A stretch of 64,000 nucleotides of DNA, taken from Chrysemys picta bellii. Taxonomy: Eukaryota. Location of the stretch: the NCBI RefSeq assembly GCF_011386835.1, contig NC_088791.1, positions 88,660,001-88,724,000 on the forward strand. The letters run 5' to 3'. The notes below the pieces were generated by a model. The model had not been told where the DNA came from. It saw only the letters and a list, made by a program, of their open reading frames with translations, and searched no databases. Of the stretch, positions 61,851 to 64,000 are shown in pieces (within the stretch, counting starts at the first letter, position 1; each line of letters starts with the position of its first letter). The translations under genes and the position numbers were made by a program.

Positions 61851-64000
61851 CTACCCCCGTTCCCATGGATGCCCCCGCATCCCTCCAGTTCCTTGGTGAG
61901 AATTACACCAGGCCCCTTCCGTTCCACGCCCCCCCTTAGGTCGGGGGTGCTTGATGGCACTCGCAGTTCGCATGTGGGAAGGTTTATGCGGCCTGTGCCC
62001 TTTTCCCACCCCCATACCTCTGGGGTTCCAACTGGGCTGTGGTCTTCTCCCAGCGCTCCAGTCTGGAGGTCTGTGCTTTGGGCTCTCTTGGTTTAGAGCC
62101 GCCCTTTTAACCTTGGCCACCCTCTGGAAAGGATCCTTTATGCTGGGCAAGGGTCCTAAAGCTGTTTTCCCCTTGTCCCAGGCCTTCCTCCCCCTCTGAC
62201 AGGGGTCACAGGATCCGCAGTACTGTCGGACAGTAACAAAGACCCCAGGCCAGTAAAAGCTCCGTAGCAGCCTCTGCTGGGTACGCCAGGTTCCCTGGTG
62301 CCCTGAGAGGGGAATGTCATGGGCCCGGCACAGCAGCTGGCGGCGATACTTCTGGGGTACCACCAGCTGCCTCCTGATCCCCCCTGACTCCATTTTCCCT
62401 GGGGGAGCCCATTCTCGGTACAGGAACCCCTTCTCCCACAGGAACCTTTTCCGGCCACCTCGTTCCATGGTCTGTACCGCATTGAGGTCGGCCAGGTCCC
62501 TTATCTTCCGCAAGGAGGGGTCTCTCTGTAACTCGGCCTGGAACTCAGCAGCTGGGACAGGGATGGCCACCTGCTCTTTCTCGCCCGCTGGGTCCGAAGC
62601 TGCAGCCTCCCTGAGCCGCGTCCCTGGGCGTTCCCTCCCCACCAGGTTAGGGTCCTGCGCCTCAGGCAAGGCACCCCCCCCAAGGCCAGGGCGCAGGGCC
62701 CCTCGCCGGCTCTGACTGCGGGTCACAACCAGTGCCTTTTGGGGGTTGCTTGGCCAGTTCTCCAGGTCCCCCCCCATCAATACCTCAGTGGGCAAATACG
62801 GGTGTACCCCCACATCCTTGGGGCCCTCCTTGGCCCCCCACTTCAGGTGTACCCTTGCCACGGGCACTTTGACTGGTGTTCCGCCCACCCCCGTCAGGGT
62901 CAGGTAGGAGTTGGGCACCACCTGATCTGGGGCCACCACCTCGGGCCGGGCCAGCGTCACCTCTGCGCCCGTATCCCAGTATCCATTGACCTTCCTCCCA
63001 TCCACCTCCAGGGGAACAAGGTACTCTCTCCGGAGGGACAGCCCCGCGCCCACCGTATAAACCAAAAACCCTGAGTCTGGGGCATCCAGCCCCCTAGAGG
63101 AGCTGGCCTGGGGCCCTTCTCTCTCTTGAGCAGTTGATAAGCTGCCAGCCCCTCTTGCGTGAGAAGCCTGCCCCTCGTCCGTCTGGGCCTCTACCAAGTT
63201 AACCCTATGCGGGTTCGGTCTGCTCAGTCTGTCCTTGAGCTTGGGGCACTGGGCCCGAACGTGGCCTCTTCGGCCGCAGTAATAGCAGCTCATGTCCTGT
63301 GGGTCCCCTCGAGCCGGTCGGTTGTCCCTGACGCTGGGCATTCCCCGTGGGAGGGGATTCCCCATATTCCCTCTTTGGGAGGTCCCAGGGTGACTCTCTC
63401 TCTGCATCACGGCGGGCCTGTTCCTTTGGGGCTCCTCCCTGCCACCCCCTGACCGGCTCTTTACAAACTCATCAGCCAGCTGCCCGGCGTGTCGCGGGTT
63501 CTCTGGCTTTCTGTCCACCAACCACAGCCTCAGGTCGGATGGGCACCGCTCATACAGTTGCTCCAGTACCAGCAGTTTAATCAGGTCCTCCTTCGTCTGG
63601 GCCCCACCAGCCCACTTGCTGGCATATCTTTCCATGCGGACGGCTAGTTGCAGATATGAGATCTCAGGGGTTTTATCTTGACTCCGGAACCTTCCCCGGT
63701 ACATCTCAGGAGTCAGCCCAAACTCACGTAGCAGGGCCTTTTTGAATAGTTCGTAGTCCCCTTTCTCTGCCTCTCCCAGTTGGCGGTACAATGCCACGGA
63801 TTTGGGGTCCAGTAAGGGGGTAAGGACCCGGAGTCTGTCCGCGGGATCAACCCGGTGCAGCTCGCAGGCCGTCTCAAAGGCCTCCAGGAAGTCATCCATG
63901 TCCTCCCCCTCCTTGTATGGGGCCATGATGCACTTATCAAAGCTCCGTGCAGTCCTGGGTCCCCCCTCACTCACCGCAGCCGGGGGTTCGCTGCCCCTCA
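61851..64000 (-). CDS. Gmr1-like Gypsy polyprotein, internally deleted: SCAN-like Gag, CCHC knuckle, protease, integrase Zn finger; frame open past window edge
   Basis: LFKKALLREFGLTPEMYRGRFR..LVLEQLY, CYYCGRRGHVRAQC, WDTGAEVT, HDIPLSGHQG..CGSCDPC and PFQRVA followed by non-homologous sequence. Confidence 0.92.
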   Translation of the reverse strand, partial: RGSEPPAAVSEGGPRTARSFDKCIMAPYKEGEDMDDFLEAFETACELHRVDPADRLRVLTPLLDPKSVALYRQLGEAEKGDYELFKKALLREFGLTPEMYRGRFRSQDKTPEISYLQLAVRMERYASKWAGGAQTKEDLIKLLVLEQLYERCPSDLRLWLVDRKPENPRHAGQLADEFVKSRSGGGREEPQRNRPAVMQRESHPGTSQRGNMGNPLPRGMPSVRDNRPARGDPQDMSCYYCGRRGHVRAQCPKLKDRLSRPNPHRVNLVEAQTDEGQASHARGAGSLSTAQEREGPQASSSRGLDAPDSGFLVYTVGAGLSLRREYLVPLEVDGRKVNGYWDTGAEVTLARPEVVAPDQVVPNSYLTLTGVGGTPVKVPVARVHLKWGAKEGPKDVGVHPYLPTEVLMGGDLENWPSNPQKALVVTRSQSRRGALRPGLGGGALPEAQDPNLVGRERPGTRLREAAASDPAGEKEQVAIPVPAAEFQAELQRDPSLRKIRDLADLNAVQTMERGGRKRFLWEKGFLYREWAPPGKMESGGIRRQLVVPQKYRRQLLCRAHDIPLSGHQGTWRTQQRLLRSFYWPGVFVTVRQYCGSCDPCQRGRKAWDKGKTALGPLPSIKDPFQRVAKVKRAALNQESPKHRPPDWSAGRRPQPSWNPRGMGVGKGHRPHKPSHMRTASAIKHPRPKGGRGTEGAWCNSHQGTGGMRGHPWERG

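Overview
Vertebrate genomic DNA, most likely turtle (inferred from a tortoise-type tRNA-derived PolIII/SINE and the repeat landscape). The only host genes are five intact replication-dependent histone genes: two H4 copies in a ~1,075-bp near-perfect tail-to-tail inverted duplication (13.8-17.0 kb), a divergent H2A/H2B pair (37.0-38.1 kb) and an H1 (39.8-40.5 kb). Each has a stem-loop and HDE, and I found no H3. The rest is densely nested transposon DNA: CR1, Tx1 and RTE LINEs, Penelope-like elements with hammerhead motifs, a DIRS fragment, solo LTRs, a young internally deleted Gmr1-type Gypsy, hAT and Tc1/mariner MITEs, and four PIF/Harbinger copies. The main finding is that three Harbinger copies from two divergent families carry a third coding exon of ~98 codons, antisense inside the intron of their Myb/SANT gene. 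It is conserved at protein level and by eye resembles a BEND3-type BEN DNA-binding domain, suggesting a three-gene Harbinger (transposase + Myb + BEN). All alignments were done by hand and no database searches were run.
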